Notes under the pieces: generated by a model
What the model was told of the DNA's origin: nothing
Database searches by the model: none
The model's input: the letters and a program-made list of their open reading frames with translations, nothing else
Made by a program: the position numbers and the translations under genes
Shown here: in pieces, positions 20,217 to 30,382 of the stretch
Layout: each line of letters begins with the position of its first letter
Position numbering within the stretch: the first letter of the stretch is position 1
Source of the DNA: an uncultured Chloroflexia bacterium
GTDB lineage: Bacteria > Chloroflexota > Limnocylindria > Limnocylindrales > CSP1-4
Assembly: GCA_963727585.1 (NCBI GenBank)
Contig: CAVSHH010000003.1
Location: forward strand, 738,493-802,492
Direction of reading: 5' to 3'
DNA: 64,000 bases

Positions 20217-21940
20217 GCGACCTCCTCCTCGGTGACCTGGGACAGGACGATCTCGCGGTACGTCTCGCAGGTCGCCATCAGCTCGTCGTGGGTCCCGATC
20301 CCGGCGATGCCACCGTCCTCGAGGACCACGATCTGGTCGGCGTGGAGGATGGTGCCCACCCGCTGCGCGACGATCATCACCGTGGCCTGGCCCAGCTCCC
20401 GCGCGATCGCCGCACGGAGACGCGCGTCGGTCCGGAAGTCGAGCGCGCTGAAGCTGTCGTCGAACACGAAGATGTCCGGTTGCCGGGCGAGGGTCCGGGC
20501 GATCGCCAGGCGCTGGCGCTGGCCGCCCGAGACGTTGGTGCCACCCTGGGTGATGGGCGACTCGAGCTGGTCGGCCATCTCGCTCACGAAGTCGTGCCCC
20601 TGCGCGATCTGGAGCACCTGCCACAGGGTGTCGTCGCTGGCGGCCTGGTCGCCGTAGCGCAGGTTGGACCCGACGGTGCCCGAGAACAGGAATGCCTTCT
20701 GGGGCACCATCCCGATCCGCCGCCACAGGTCCTGGCGGTCCATGTCCCTGACGTTCACGCCGTCCACCAGGACCTCGCCGGCGGTGGCGTCGTACAACCG
20801 CGGCAGCAGGTTGATGAGCGTGGACTTGCCCGAGCCGGTGGAGCCGACGATCGCCGTCGTCTCGCCCGGGCGGGCCACGAAGCTGACGTGGCTCAGGACC
20901 GGCTCCTCGGCGCCCGGGTAGCGGAACTCGACGTCGCGGAACTCGACGTGGCCCCGGCGCTCGGGGGAGATCGGCGTGGGCGGATCCCAGATGGTGGGCT
21001 CGGTCTCGAGCACCTCGTTGATCCGGCCCGCGGACACAGCCGCCCGGGGGACCATCACGAACATGATCACCGCGGTCATGATCGCGAACAGGATCTGCAT
21101 GATGTACTGCAGGAAGGCGGCAAGGTTCCCGATCGGCATCTCGCCCGAGTCGACGCGGTAGGCGCCCAGCCACAGGACCGCCACGGTCGACAGGTTCATG
21201 ATCAGCATCAGCGCTGGCATGGTGATCGCGAACAGGCGGTTGACCCGCAGCCCGGTGTCCATGAGGTCGCGCGAGGCGACGTCGAACCGACGCTCCTCGT
21301 GCTCGGTGCGCACGAAGGCGCGGATCACGCGGATCCCGGTCAGCTTCTCGCGCATCACCAGGTTGATCCGGTCGAGCTTCTTCTGCATCGCCTGGAACAG
21401 CGGGATGGCGCGGCTCATCACGACGCCCACCAGGACCGCCATGATCGGGATGATGACGAGCAGGATCCCCGTGAGCGGCACGTCCTGGCGGAGCGCCATG
21501 ATCACGCCGCCGATGGCCAGGATCGGGGCGCTGATCATCATGTTCAGCGCCAGCAGCACGACCTGCTGCAGCTGCTGGACGTCGTTGGTGTTGCGGGTGA
21601 TCAGGCTCGCGGCGCCGAAGTGGTTGACCTCGACCTGGCTGAAGGTCTGGACGGAGCGGAAGATCGCCGAGCGCACGTCGCGGCCGAAGCCCATCGCGAT
21701 CCGGGCGCTGAAGAACACCGAGATGATCGACGCGATCATCAGGGCGATGGTCACCAGCAGCATGAAGCCGCCCGTTTGGATGATGTAGTCGACGTCGCCC
21801 TTGGCGATGCCGTTGTTGATGATGTCCGCGTTGAGCTCGGGCAGGTACAGGTTGGTGATCGCCTGGACCAGGAGCAGCGCCAGGACCAGCACGATCGGCC
21901 ACCGGTACGGCGCGAGGTACCGACGGAGGATGGGGATCAT
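20213..21940 (-). CDS. ABC transporter permease/ATP-binding fusion protein (exporter, MdlA-like)
   Basis: TM domain plus GSTGSGKST, LSGGQRQRL and VFDDSFSALD. Confidence 0.85.
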   Translation of the reverse strand: MIPILRRYLAPYRWPIVLVLALLLVQAITNLYLPELNADIINNGIAKGDVDYIIQTGGFMLLVTIALMIASIISVFFSARIAMGFGRDVRSAIFRSVQTFSQVEVNHFGAASLITRNTNDVQQLQQVVLLALNMMISAPILAIGGVIMALRQDVPLTGILLVIIPIMAVLVGVVMSRAIPLFQAMQKKLDRINLVMREKLTGIRVIRAFVRTEHEERRFDVASRDLMDTGLRVNRLFAITMPALMLIMNLSTVAVLWLGAYRVDSGEMPIGNLAAFLQYIMQILFAIMTAVIMFVMVPRAAVSAGRINEVLETEPTIWDPPTPISPERRGHVEFRDVEFRYPGAEEPVLSHVSFVARPGETTAIVGSTGSGKSTLINLLPRLYDATAGEVLVDGVNVRDMDRQDLWRRIGMVPQKAFLFSGTVGSNLRYGDQAASDDTLWQVLQIAQGHDFVSEMADQLESPITQGGTNVSGGQRQRLAIARTLARQPDIFVFDDSFSALDFRTDARLRAAIARELGQATVMIVAQRVGTILHADQIVVLEDGGIAGIGTHDELMATCETYREIVLSQVTEEEVA

Positions 21941-22458
21941 CGGGACGTCTCCAGGCGTTCGGGAGTGGGGGCGGGGGAGGCTTCATCGTGGGCCGCATGC
22001 AGCTCGTCGTGGAGCCGCTCGCGCACTCGGCGCATTGCCCGCGCGCCGGTGAGATAGGCGGCCAGCTCGTCATCGGTCAGCTCGTCGAGCATCCGGGCCA
22101 GGTGGTCACGCCGTTGGGCGGCCATCCCGTCGATCAGGCGATGGCCCTCGTCGGTGGCCGCGACCCGGATGATCCGGCGGTCAGCCTCGTCGCGCTGCCG
22201 CTCGACGAGCCCGCGCTGCTCCATCCGGTCGACGATGCCGGTCGCGCTGGCCTGGCTGACGTCCATCGCCTCGGCCAGGCCGCGCATCGGGAGCGCGCCG
22301 TCGGCCTCCAGGACAAGCAGCACATTGACGTGGACGAGCGACAGGCGCCCGCCCGGCCAGTGGCGCATCAGCGACATCGCCTTGGCCGGGTTGTGGGTAC
22401 CGATCTCGTCGAGGATCTCGGACAGGAGTGCCGTGCGGTTCTGTGCGTTGCGGTTCAT
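21937..22458 (-). CDS. MarR-family transcriptional regulator
   Basis: wHTH (LPMRGLAEAMDVSQASATGIVDRMEQRGLVER). Overlaps the downstream ABC gene by 4 nt, so this is a MarR-ABC-ABC operon. Confidence 0.8.
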   Translation of the reverse strand: MNRNAQNRTALLSEILDEIGTHNPAKAMSLMRHWPGGRLSLVHVNVLLVLEADGALPMRGLAEAMDVSQASATGIVDRMEQRGLVERQRDEADRRIIRVAATDEGHRLIDGMAAQRRDHLARMLDELTDDELAAYLTGARAMRRVRERLHDELHAAHDEASPAPTPERLETSR

Positions 22459-22602
22459 GTCGTGGCGCTGCGGATCCTGGCCCTTCGCGGCAGGTAGATG
22501 ATCAATGCGGCGTGAAGCATATGCCGGGACGGGGTTCGATGCAACTGCCCGGCCGTGACCCACAGGCGACCCACCGCGGAGACCCGTCGCAGAACCCCTG
22601 AG

Positions 22603-23781
22603 CTACCCGGTGATCCCCTTGCGGAACCGCCACGTCGCGAGCGTCAGCAGGACCACGGCGAAGCCGGCCAGGACCGCGAGGTCTGGCAGCACGGCCTCGA
22701 TCCCGGTGCCGTCGCGGATCGTCTCCTGGAGGCCGAGCAGGGCCCAGGAGTGGGGGACGAACCGGGCGATCGACTGCATGACCGGCGGCATCACCTGGAA
22801 CGGGACCATGCAGCCGCCCAGGGCGGCCAGCGCGAGCCCCGCGAACACGCCCACCGACGAGGCCTGGTCCGGGTTGCGTGCGATGGCGCCCACGAGCAGC
22901 GCGGTCGCGGCCGCCACCAGGCAGAACATCGCGATCAGTGCCCCCGCTGCGAGCGGGTCGCCCCACGAGACGTTGAACGCGACGGCGGTGACGATCACGA
23001 TGTAGGCCGCCTGGAGCAGCGCCACCAGGTACCTGCCCAGCGCCTCGCCGCCGATGATCGTCCAGGTGCCGGTGGGCGTGGCGGTCATCCGCCGTGACAG
23101 CCCCAGCTGCCTGGTCGCGACGAGGCGCCCGGCCGCGGTCATCGAGGTCAGGAAGGTGAACAGGACGAGCTGGGTGGACGCCCCGAAGGTGAACTGCGAG
23201 AAGCCCGCGAACATGCCCGCCTGGCCGACCTGGGTGACGTTGACCGCGATGCCGGGCACGGTGTCGTACTGGTCGATGGCCACCGCCCTCGCCTCGTCCC
23301 ACGACCCGAGGCCCTCGGCCACCGAGACCCGGGCGGCCGTGGTCTCCGCGCCCAGCCGGGCAACGGCGGCATCGATCGGCGCCCGCAGGCCGGTGGTCAG
23401 CGAGTCGATGGTGCCCAGGTACGTCACCTCGACCGCCTGGCCGCTGCCCTGCAGGTCCGCGGCGAACCCTTCGGGGATGACCAGGCCCGCCTCGAGCAGG
23501 CCGCGCTCCACCTGCGAGGTGAGCGTCTCCGGGTCGGCCACGCGGCGGATGTCGAACCGGGTGGCGTCCTGCGCGATGATCGCCACCAGCGCCTCGGCCG
23601 AGGGGTCGCCGGCGGGGGCAACGATGCCCAGCCGGGCCGCGGAGGAGCCGCCAAACTGGATCCCGAGCGCGACGATGATGATCGTCGGCAGGACGAACAC
23701 GAAGAACAGGTCGGCGCGGTCGCGCACCTGGCGCAGGAGGTTGATGCGGCCAAGCTCGAGGGCCTTGCGCAGGCCGCTCAT
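22603..23781 (-). CDS. ABC-2 family transporter permease
   Basis: N-terminal TM, large extracytoplasmic loop and C-terminal 5-TM bundle typical of ABC-2. Confidence 0.75.
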   Translation of the reverse strand: MSGLRKALELGRINLLRQVRDRADLFFVFVLPTIIIVALGIQFGGSSAARLGIVAPAGDPSAEALVAIIAQDATRFDIRRVADPETLTSQVERGLLEAGLVIPEGFAADLQGSGQAVEVTYLGTIDSLTTGLRAPIDAAVARLGAETTAARVSVAEGLGSWDEARAVAIDQYDTVPGIAVNVTQVGQAGMFAGFSQFTFGASTQLVLFTFLTSMTAAGRLVATRQLGLSRRMTATPTGTWTIIGGEALGRYLVALLQAAYIVIVTAVAFNVSWGDPLAAGALIAMFCLVAAATALLVGAIARNPDQASSVGVFAGLALAALGGCMVPFQVMPPVMQSIARFVPHSWALLGLQETIRDGTGIEAVLPDLAVLAGFAVVLLTLATWRFRKGITG

Positions 23782-24959
23782 CGGGCCCGCACCAGGCGCC
23801 GAGCGCGAAGCATGCCGATCCCGCCCGTGACCAGGCCGATCGCCAGCAGCACCGCCGCGGCCGGCAGGCCGTCGGCGAGCGTTCCGCCTCCCTGCATCTC
23901 ACCCAGTCCGCGCATGAACCAGCCGTGCGGTGTGAACAGCGCGACGGTGCCCATGACCTCGGGCGCCTGGGCCGTGGGGGAGAAGCTGCCGCCGAGGATG
24001 GCGAGGGTGATGGCCACCGCCGAGCTGGCCGCCCCGGCCGCCTCGGCGGTCGACGTGAACGAGATGACCAGCAGCGACACCCCGATCGCGGCCACGATGG
24101 CGCCGGCCACCAGCAGCGCCACGCCCACGGGCGAGCCCCATGCCGCGCCGATCAGGAGGGTCGTGGTCGCGACCAGGATCGTCATCGCCACCGCTGCCTG
24201 CACGAACGAGCCCAGTGTCTTGCCGGCCAGCACGGTCCACGGTCGCACCGGCCCGGCCAGGATCCGCCCGAGGGTGCCCTGGCGTCGCTCCTCGAACAGG
24301 CTGACCAGGCCCATCTGGGCCGAGAAGAACAGGAACAGGATCGCCATCGAGGCCGAGAAGTAGGTGGGCAGGGACAGCTGCCGGAGGTCGGCCGCCTCGT
24401 CGACGAGGACGACCGGCCGGGCTGCCGAGGCGGCCGCCCCGGCGACCGTGCCCGCCAGCGCCGGATCGGCCGACGGGCCCGCCAGCTCGGTGGCCGTCGC
24501 GATCGAGAGCTGGACCGCCACGACCCCGTCGCCGAACGCCTGCGCCACCGCCCGCGCGATCTCGGTGGCCAGCCCCGCGTCGCGGGCGCCGAGGACCTCG
24601 AGGGTTGCGGCCTGGCCCGCCTGGATCGCGGCCGTGAACCCGGGCGGGATGATGAACGCGGCGTCTGCCGAACCATCGTCCACGGCCGAGCGGGCGGCCT
24701 CCTCGGTGGGCAGCTCGGCGACGCTGAACCCGTCGCGGTCGGCGAACGATCCCAGAACGTTCACCCGGAACGTCTGCGCGAGCTCGCCGCCGTCCATGTC
24801 GGCGACGACCCAGCTCGCCCCGAACGAGGAGGTGCCGGCCAGCAGCTGGCTGAAGATCACGGCCAGCCCGAGCGGCGCCACGATCGACACCAGGAACGCC
24901 GTCCGATCCCGGAGTCGCTGGCGCAGGTCCTTGGCGGCGATCAGCAGCGCGATGCGCAT
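23778..24959 (-). CDS. ABC-2 family transporter permease
   Basis: Paralogous architecture to the adjacent permease. 4-nt overlap with it. Confidence 0.75.
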   Translation of the reverse strand: MRIALLIAAKDLRQRLRDRTAFLVSIVAPLGLAVIFSQLLAGTSSFGASWVVADMDGGELAQTFRVNVLGSFADRDGFSVAELPTEEAARSAVDDGSADAAFIIPPGFTAAIQAGQAATLEVLGARDAGLATEIARAVAQAFGDGVVAVQLSIATATELAGPSADPALAGTVAGAAASAARPVVLVDEAADLRQLSLPTYFSASMAILFLFFSAQMGLVSLFEERRQGTLGRILAGPVRPWTVLAGKTLGSFVQAAVAMTILVATTTLLIGAAWGSPVGVALLVAGAIVAAIGVSLLVISFTSTAEAAGAASSAVAITLAILGGSFSPTAQAPEVMGTVALFTPHGWFMRGLGEMQGGGTLADGLPAAAVLLAIGLVTGGIGMLRARRLVRAR

Positions 24960-24977
24960 GGACGAACGGTCCGCCGG

Positions 24978-25991
24978 CTACTCGGCGTCGCGCAGCGCGC
25001 GGCCGGTGAGATGGAGGAACACGCTCTCCAGATCGGGCGACACGAGCTCGACGCCGCGAACGTGGGCGCCGGTCGACTCCACCGCCTCGAGCAGCCGCGG
25101 CAGCAGCCGCCCGGCATCGAGCGTGATGACCTCGAGCTCGTCGCCCTTCACCGCGGCGGAGTCGAGACCGGGCAGCCGGCCGGCCGCCTGCGAGGCCGCG
25201 AGCACGTGTCCCGACAGCGCCAGCCGGATGGTCTCGCGCTGGCCGACCAGCGAGATCAGCTCCTTCTGGGACCCCTCGGCACGGATCTCACCGCCGTCGA
25301 TGATCCCCACCCGGTCGCACAGCCGCTCGGCCTCCTCCATGTAGTGGGTCGTGTACAGGATCGCCATGCCGCTGCGCCCCAGCGCGTCGATCGACTCGAG
25401 GATCGCGTTGCGGCTCTGGGGATCCACGCCCACGGTCGGCTCGTCGAGAAGCAGCAGTCGCGGCCCGTGGAGCAGCCCGATCCCGATGTTGAGCCGGCGC
25501 TGCATGCCGCCGCTGAAGTGGTCGGTGCGGTCCTTGGCCCGGTCGGTCAGCCCGATCAGCTCCAGGATCTCGTCCACGCGCGAGCGCAGCGTGGCGCCGC
25601 CGAGGCCGTACAGCCGGCCGAAGAAGACGAGGTTCTCGCGCGCGGTCAGGTCCGGGTAGATCGCCAGCTCCTGGGGCACGTACCCGATCCCGGACTTGGC
25701 GGCCACGGCACCGACGTCGATGGGATTGCCGTCGAGGGTCACCGTCCCGGCATCGCGGCGCAGCAGACCGCAAACCATCGAGATCGTGGTGGTCTTGCCC
25801 GCCCCGTTGGGCCCCAGCAGGCCGTAGGTCTCGCCCTGGTGGATGGTGAACGAGACGCCCCGCACGGCCTCGAGATCGCCGTACCGCTTGCGGAGATCGC
25901 GCACCTCGAGCACGACCGCCGGACCGCCCCGTGCGCCGGTGTGGGGCGCCCCCGGGCGCGCCTCGCTGTCAGCGGGCGTCTCGATCGACAT
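24978..25991 (-). CDS. ABC transporter ATP-binding protein
   Basis: GPNGAGKTT, FSGGMQRRLNI and LLLDEPTVGVD. Confidence 0.85.
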   Translation of the reverse strand: MSIETPADSEARPGAPHTGARGGPAVVLEVRDLRKRYGDLEAVRGVSFTIHQGETYGLLGPNGAGKTTTISMVCGLLRRDAGTVTLDGNPIDVGAVAAKSGIGYVPQELAIYPDLTARENLVFFGRLYGLGGATLRSRVDEILELIGLTDRAKDRTDHFSGGMQRRLNIGIGLLHGPRLLLLDEPTVGVDPQSRNAILESIDALGRSGMAILYTTHYMEEAERLCDRVGIIDGGEIRAEGSQKELISLVGQRETIRLALSGHVLAASQAAGRLPGLDSAAVKGDELEVITLDAGRLLPRLLEAVESTGAHVRGVELVSPDLESVFLHLTGRALRDAE

Positions 25992-26071
25992 CCCTCGTCT
26001 CCCTCACGCGCGTGTCCCCAGACCGGAATGGTGCGTGATCGTGGCCGGCGCCGCAAGGCCGGCCGGCACTC

Positions 26072-26888
26072 TCAGTCGCGCTTGCGGACCTTCCACACCT
26101 CCTCGAGCGGCCACCGGCGCCCCCACTCGTACGGCGCCCATGGGTAGCGGGTCGTCGCGCCTTCGGGGATCTGCGGCTCGAGCAGCTCGAGGATCTCGAA
26201 GCCGGCATTCCTGAACAGCCGGATCCAGGCGCCGTGGGTAGGGTGGAACTCCACGCTGGTGCCACCATCCCACTCGACCCTCGCCGGGGCGAAGAACGGC
26301 CGCGCGAGGCGCTCCTCGAGCGGGTCGTCCTCGCCCGCGTCCCCGGCGGTCGCGAGCAGGGTCAGGTGGTGGTTGGTCAGCACGTGGAGTCGGCCGCCCG
26401 GCCGCAGCAGGCGGGCGGCCTCCGCGACCCACGCGTCCGGATCGGCCCACAGGACCGCACCGTACTCGCTGATCGCGAAATCGAACGACCCGTCCGCCAT
26501 CGGCACTCGCTCGGCGTTGCCGTGGATCAGGGGGAACTCGATCCCGTGCTCGCGCTGGAGCCGGGACGCCGTCTCGAGCTGCTTCGCGGAGTTGTCGACG
26601 CCCACCGGCCGGGCTCCGCGGCGTGCCAACCAGGCCGACACGTACCCGGTGCCGCAGCCGAGCTCGATCGCGTCCAGGCCCTCGAGGTCGTCAGGGAGCA
26701 TCCGGAGCTCCGCCTCCGGGATCCCGTAGATGCCCCACGTCTCCTCGCCGGGCAAGCGGCGCCAGGCGCGCTCGCCGGCTTCGACGTAGTCGGCCGCCTC
26801 GACGTCCCACAGGGCGCGGTTGGCGGCGACATGTCCCGGGAGCTCCTCGTCGTCCCGCGACGACGGCTGATCCGCGGACCCGGTCACG
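26072..26888 (-). CDS. Class I SAM-dependent methyltransferase
   Basis: Motif I ELGCGTGYVSAWLA and the post-I acidic residue VDNS. Probable GTG start overlapping the upstream stop. Confidence 0.7.
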
Positions 26889-27777
26889 GGGTGCCCAGGC
26901 CCAGGTGACGCGCCCGCGCCGCCAGCACCAGGTCCACCGACCGCTCGTCGGCCCGGCCGAATGCGACCTGGAGGTGGCCGACACCCTCGTCGCGCCACGC
27001 GTCGAACGCGCGGGCGATGGTATCGGGGTCCTCGGGCAGGCTCGACCTGCCTTCATCACCGACCGACACGCCGGCCGTCACGAGCATGGTGGCCGGGTCG
27101 CGGCCTTCGGCCTCGCAGCCCCGCACCAGGTCAGCGCGGCGCTGCCGGAAACTCTCGTCCGGGAACCCGAACCAGGCGGCGTTCCAGGCGTCGGCCCAGC
27201 GGGCGGTCAGGCGCATCACGCGCTCGCCCTTGGCGGCGATCAGGATCGGCACCTTGCCGCCCAGGCGGGTGGGTCGGGGCGGCGGCGGGATCAGGAACGC
27301 GTCCTCCACGTGGTGATAGGTGCCCTCGAAGGTCACGTGCTCGCCGCGCAGCAGCGGGATGATGATCTCGAGGGTCTCCTCGAACCGGCTGGCCCGGTGG
27401 TCAAACGGGTAGCCGAAGGCGCGATACTCCGGCTCGTGCCAGCCGGTCCCCAGGCCCAGGATCAGCCGGCCGTTCGAGACCTCGTCGAGGGTGGCGGCCA
27501 TCTTGGCCGTGAGGGCCGGCGGCCGGAAGCCCGTGCCCAGCACGATCGTGCCCAGGGCCACCCGCTCGGTGACCGCGGCGACGGCGGACAGCAGCGTCCA
27601 CGCCTCGTGGATGCCGCCGTCCTCGTCGCCGAAGCCGCGGAAGATGAAGTGGTCGTACAGCCACAGGCTGTCGATGCCGCCGGCCTCCGCCCGCTGGGCC
27701 AGGGTCCGGATCTGTGGCCAGCGGCCAGCCCCGGGGCCGTCCGCCTCCGCCATGGGGAGCACGAGTCCAATCTGCAT
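26884..27777 (-). CDS. LLM-class F420-dependent oxidoreductase (luciferase-like)
   Basis: MQIGLVLP...GIDSLWLYDHF...LGTIVLGTGFRPPALTAKMAATLDEVSNGRLILGLGTGW. Confidence 0.8.
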   Translation of the reverse strand: MQIGLVLPMAEADGPGAGRWPQIRTLAQRAEAGGIDSLWLYDHFIFRGFGDEDGGIHEAWTLLSAVAAVTERVALGTIVLGTGFRPPALTAKMAATLDEVSNGRLILGLGTGWHEPEYRAFGYPFDHRASRFEETLEIIIPLLRGEHVTFEGTYHHVEDAFLIPPPPRPTRLGGKVPILIAAKGERVMRLTARWADAWNAAWFGFPDESFRQRRADLVRGCEAEGRDPATMLVTAGVSVGDEGRSSLPEDPDTIARAFDAWRDEGVGHLQVAFGRADERSVDLVLAARARHLGLGTP

Positions 27778-27834
27778 CGGCCGATGGTAGGCGATCGGGG
27801 AACGGCGGCCCTGCCCGGTTGCGCGGGCGACTGG

Positions 27835-28272
27835 CTACCCGCTCCGTGGCTCCAGGGTCGCCAGCGCCTCGACGATCGCCGCGGCGGCCTCGTCGACGGT
27901 CGCGAGCGGGAGCTCGATGTGGATGTCGGCGGCGCCCACCAGCATTGCGTTGTAGGGCATGTCGGCGGAATCGCCGGTGCCCCGGAAGTCGCCCCGGAAC
28001 AACACGACGGGCTTGCCGCGGCCGTAGGCATAGCCGCACTCCCAGCAGGTGCCCGAGTCCGGGTCCTCGCCGTCCATGATGGCGACCACCCCCTCGGCCC
28101 AGTCGACGCCGCCGCGGTCCTTCTCGAAGATCGATCGCGCCGTGCGCTCCGGCGCGGGGTGCAGGTGGGGGACCCAGACCTCGTGGCCGGCCGCCTCGAG
28201 CCGGTCGGCGAGCGCCTCGTTCCAGTCGCGCTCGGGCCGCGTGAACAGGGGCCCGGCCAGGTAGAGCTTCAT
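27835..28272 (-). CDS. Nucleoside 2-deoxyribosyltransferase-like protein
   Basis: MKLYLAGPLF...CWECGYAYGRGKPVVL. Family hallmark (the YLAGP P-loop-like start plus a catalytic Glu region). Confidence 0.7.
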   Translation of the reverse strand: MKLYLAGPLFTRPERDWNEALADRLEAAGHEVWVPHLHPAPERTARSIFEKDRGGVDWAEGVVAIMDGEDPDSGTCWECGYAYGRGKPVVLFRGDFRGTGDSADMPYNAMLVGAADIHIELPLATVDEAAAAIVEALATLEPRSG

Positions 28273-28283
28273 GGGCGCCTTCG

Positions 28284-29279
28284 CTAGTACATGATCGTGC
28301 GGGTCAGGTGGTGGGGCCAGAACGTGGCGTGGTACGTGCTCCACAGCCGGTAGTCCAGCTGCGGGATCACCAGCCCCTGGTCCGGGGGCCGGCGCCGGTT
28401 GACCGACTCCGTCAGGGCGGCCGTCGCGTACAGGGTGTGGGCGCGGACCTCGATCTCCTCCTCGGAGTCGCGCGGCAGCTCCACGCCCTCGTTGATCCTG
28501 CGCTCCAGCTCCGGGCTGTACTCGAAGATCCGCATCAGCCGCAGGGCGACCGGGACGATGTAGTCGGCGAACGCGCTCATGTCCGCAAGGTCCTCGAGCA
28601 CGAACCGGCCGGTCGACTGGTGCGAGGCGTGGAGCCCCCAGAGCGCGAGCTGGCCGAGCTTGAACAGCCGCACCTCGTGCCCGTGATAGTCGGAGATGTC
28701 GCGGAACCGGGGGAACTCCTCCGGCAGGCGGTCGAGCAGGCCGTCGCCGCCCGCGTACATCCGCGGTGCGCAGGAGCGCACCCAGTTCGCCCAGCGACCT
28801 CCGTACCGGTCGACCAGCACCGCCCCCACGGCATTGAGGATCGCGGTACGTTCCTCGAGCATCGGCAACCGGATGGTGCCGCTGAACACGCGCCCGACAT
28901 CGGACATGGTGGCCTCGGCCATCCAGGCGCCGGTGAGCAGCGGGACCCCCGCATCGCGGGCGTTGAGGATGTTGGCGATCATGCCCTCGCTGTCGGACCA
29001 CAGCCGGCCGTCGCGCTCGGCCTCGTACTTCACCCCGGTCTCGAAGTCGGTGAACGCGAAGTTGAGCGTGTTCACGAACAGCTGGTAGTCGGTCAGAACG
29101 TCTGGATCGTCACCGATCTCGAACGGCGGCACCGCGTGCGGCCAGCCGAACGGCTCGTAGGCGAGCCAGTCCGCGACGCGTTCCACCTCGTCGAGATTGG
29201 TGCGGACGTGGCGCGATGTCTCGACCACCGGCTGGACGGAGGCGAGGACGGGCGTTGACCAGAAGCGGCTCTCGTGCAT
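28284..29279 (-). CDS. Queuosine-salvage family protein (DUF2419/Qng1-like, queuosine-5'-phosphate N-glycosylase/hydrolase family)
   Basis: 331-aa C-terminal portion of a 793-aa ORF. Conserved blocks are FVNTLNFAFTDFETG and GHEVRLFKLGQLALW...DLADMSAFADYIVP. The N-terminal 460 aa of the ORF are low-complexity artefact. Confidence 0.7.
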   Translation of the reverse strand: MHESRFWSTPVLASVQPVVETSRHVRTNLDEVERVADWLAYEPFGWPHAVPPFEIGDDPDVLTDYQLFVNTLNFAFTDFETGVKYEAERDGRLWSDSEGMIANILNARDAGVPLLTGAWMAEATMSDVGRVFSGTIRLPMLEERTAILNAVGAVLVDRYGGRWANWVRSCAPRMYAGGDGLLDRLPEEFPRFRDISDYHGHEVRLFKLGQLALWGLHASHQSTGRFVLEDLADMSAFADYIVPVALRLMRIFEYSPELERRINEGVELPRDSEEEIEVRAHTLYATAALTESVNRRRPPDQGLVIPQLDYRLWSTYHATFWPHHLTRTIMY

Positions 29280-29363
29280 GGCGGGGACCTCGGAGGGACG
29301 ACATTCACGAGCGGGCCGCCCCGCCCCTGAGGATGCCGGACGTGGCAGCATGTCGCGCGCCGG

Positions 29364-30341
29364 TTGCGCGGGCGCTCCCGGCTGGTCGCCGCCCCTGGTG
29401 CCGACCCGGGCACAATGGCGCCCGACGATGCCGCCCCCTGCCGCAGCCCGATGACCGTCGCCTCGACCGCCCGTGCCCTGCCGCGCCCGCGTGTGCTGGC
29501 GGGGATCGCGCTGGCCGTGGTCATGTGGGTCCTGGTCGTGCTCGGCTCCGATCCGACGGTCGACGTCCGGGAGCCGTTCTCGGGCTGGGTCACCGCCCAG
29601 GACGCGCGCTCCTACTACGGCCTCCACCTGGCAGACCTGTACGCCGGGCGGACCGACTGGAACACGATCGGCGCGTACCCGTACTCGCCTGCGTTCGCCC
29701 AGCTGGTGTGGCCGCTCGATCTCCTGCCGTGGCCCGTGTTCGTGGCTGCCTGGACCGCGCTCCTCATCGGCGCGGTGTGGCTGCTGACCGGTCCCGACCT
29801 GTTCCTGGTCGGGCTGCTGGTGGGGGCCATGGAGATCGCAGGCGGCAACATCAGCCTGCTGCTCACCGTGGCGATCGTGTGGGGCTTCCGTTGGCCCGCG
29901 ACGTGGGCGTTCGTCCTGCTGACCAAGATCACGCCCGGCATCGGCCTGCTGTGGTTCCCCCTCCGGCGCGAGTGGCGCCAGCTGGGGATCGCGCTGGGGG
30001 CGACGGCGGCGGTGGTCGGCGTGTCGTTCCTGCTGCTGCCCGGGGCATGGCGCGACTGGATCGACCTGCTCCTCGCGAACACCGGCAAGGGCGGCACCTG
30101 GGCGGCCATCCCGATCCCGCTGCTCGTTCGCGGCCCGGTGGGGGTGGCCCTCCTCGTCTGGGGCGCGCCACGCAACCAGCGCTGGGTGGTGCCGGTCGCC
30201 GCGATGCTGGCGCTGCCGGCCCTGTGGTACGGGTCGCTGTCGATGCTGCTGGGTGTGCTCCCGTTGACGACGCCGGAGGAGCGTCGCCGGGGATGGGCGC
30301 GGTTCCTGGCACTGCTGGGGCGGGGGCGTGCGCCGCGCTGA
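29364..30341 (+). CDS. DUF2029/GT87-family integral membrane glycosyltransferase-like protein
   Basis: Polytopic membrane protein with YPYSPAF and an acidic loop resembling polyprenol-P-sugar dependent GT87 (DUF2029). Start uncertain. Confidence 0.6.
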   Translation: MRGRSRLVAAPGADPGTMAPDDAAPCRSPMTVASTARALPRPRVLAGIALAVVMWVLVVLGSDPTVDVREPFSGWVTAQDARSYYGLHLADLYAGRTDWNTIGAYPYSPAFAQLVWPLDLLPWPVFVAAWTALLIGAVWLLTGPDLFLVGLLVGAMEIAGGNISLLLTVAIVWGFRWPATWAFVLLTKITPGIGLLWFPLRREWRQLGIALGATAAVVGVSFLLLPGAWRDWIDLLLANTGKGGTWAAIPIPLLVRGPVGVALLVWGAPRNQRWVVPVAAMLALPALWYGSLSMLLGVLPLTTPEERRRGWARFLALLGRGRAPR

Positions 30342-30382
30342 TCCAGGAGCCGGCCGGGCCTGCCGCGGGCCCGGGATCGTGC

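Noticed and set aside
18168-22073. Single 1301-aa minus-strand ORF
   Set aside because: Only the C-terminal 682 aa (from MSGPTG at 20216) have ABC-transporter character. The upstream part runs antisense to a MarR gene and through a separately framed ABC gene (20213-21940). It is a GC-driven read-through.
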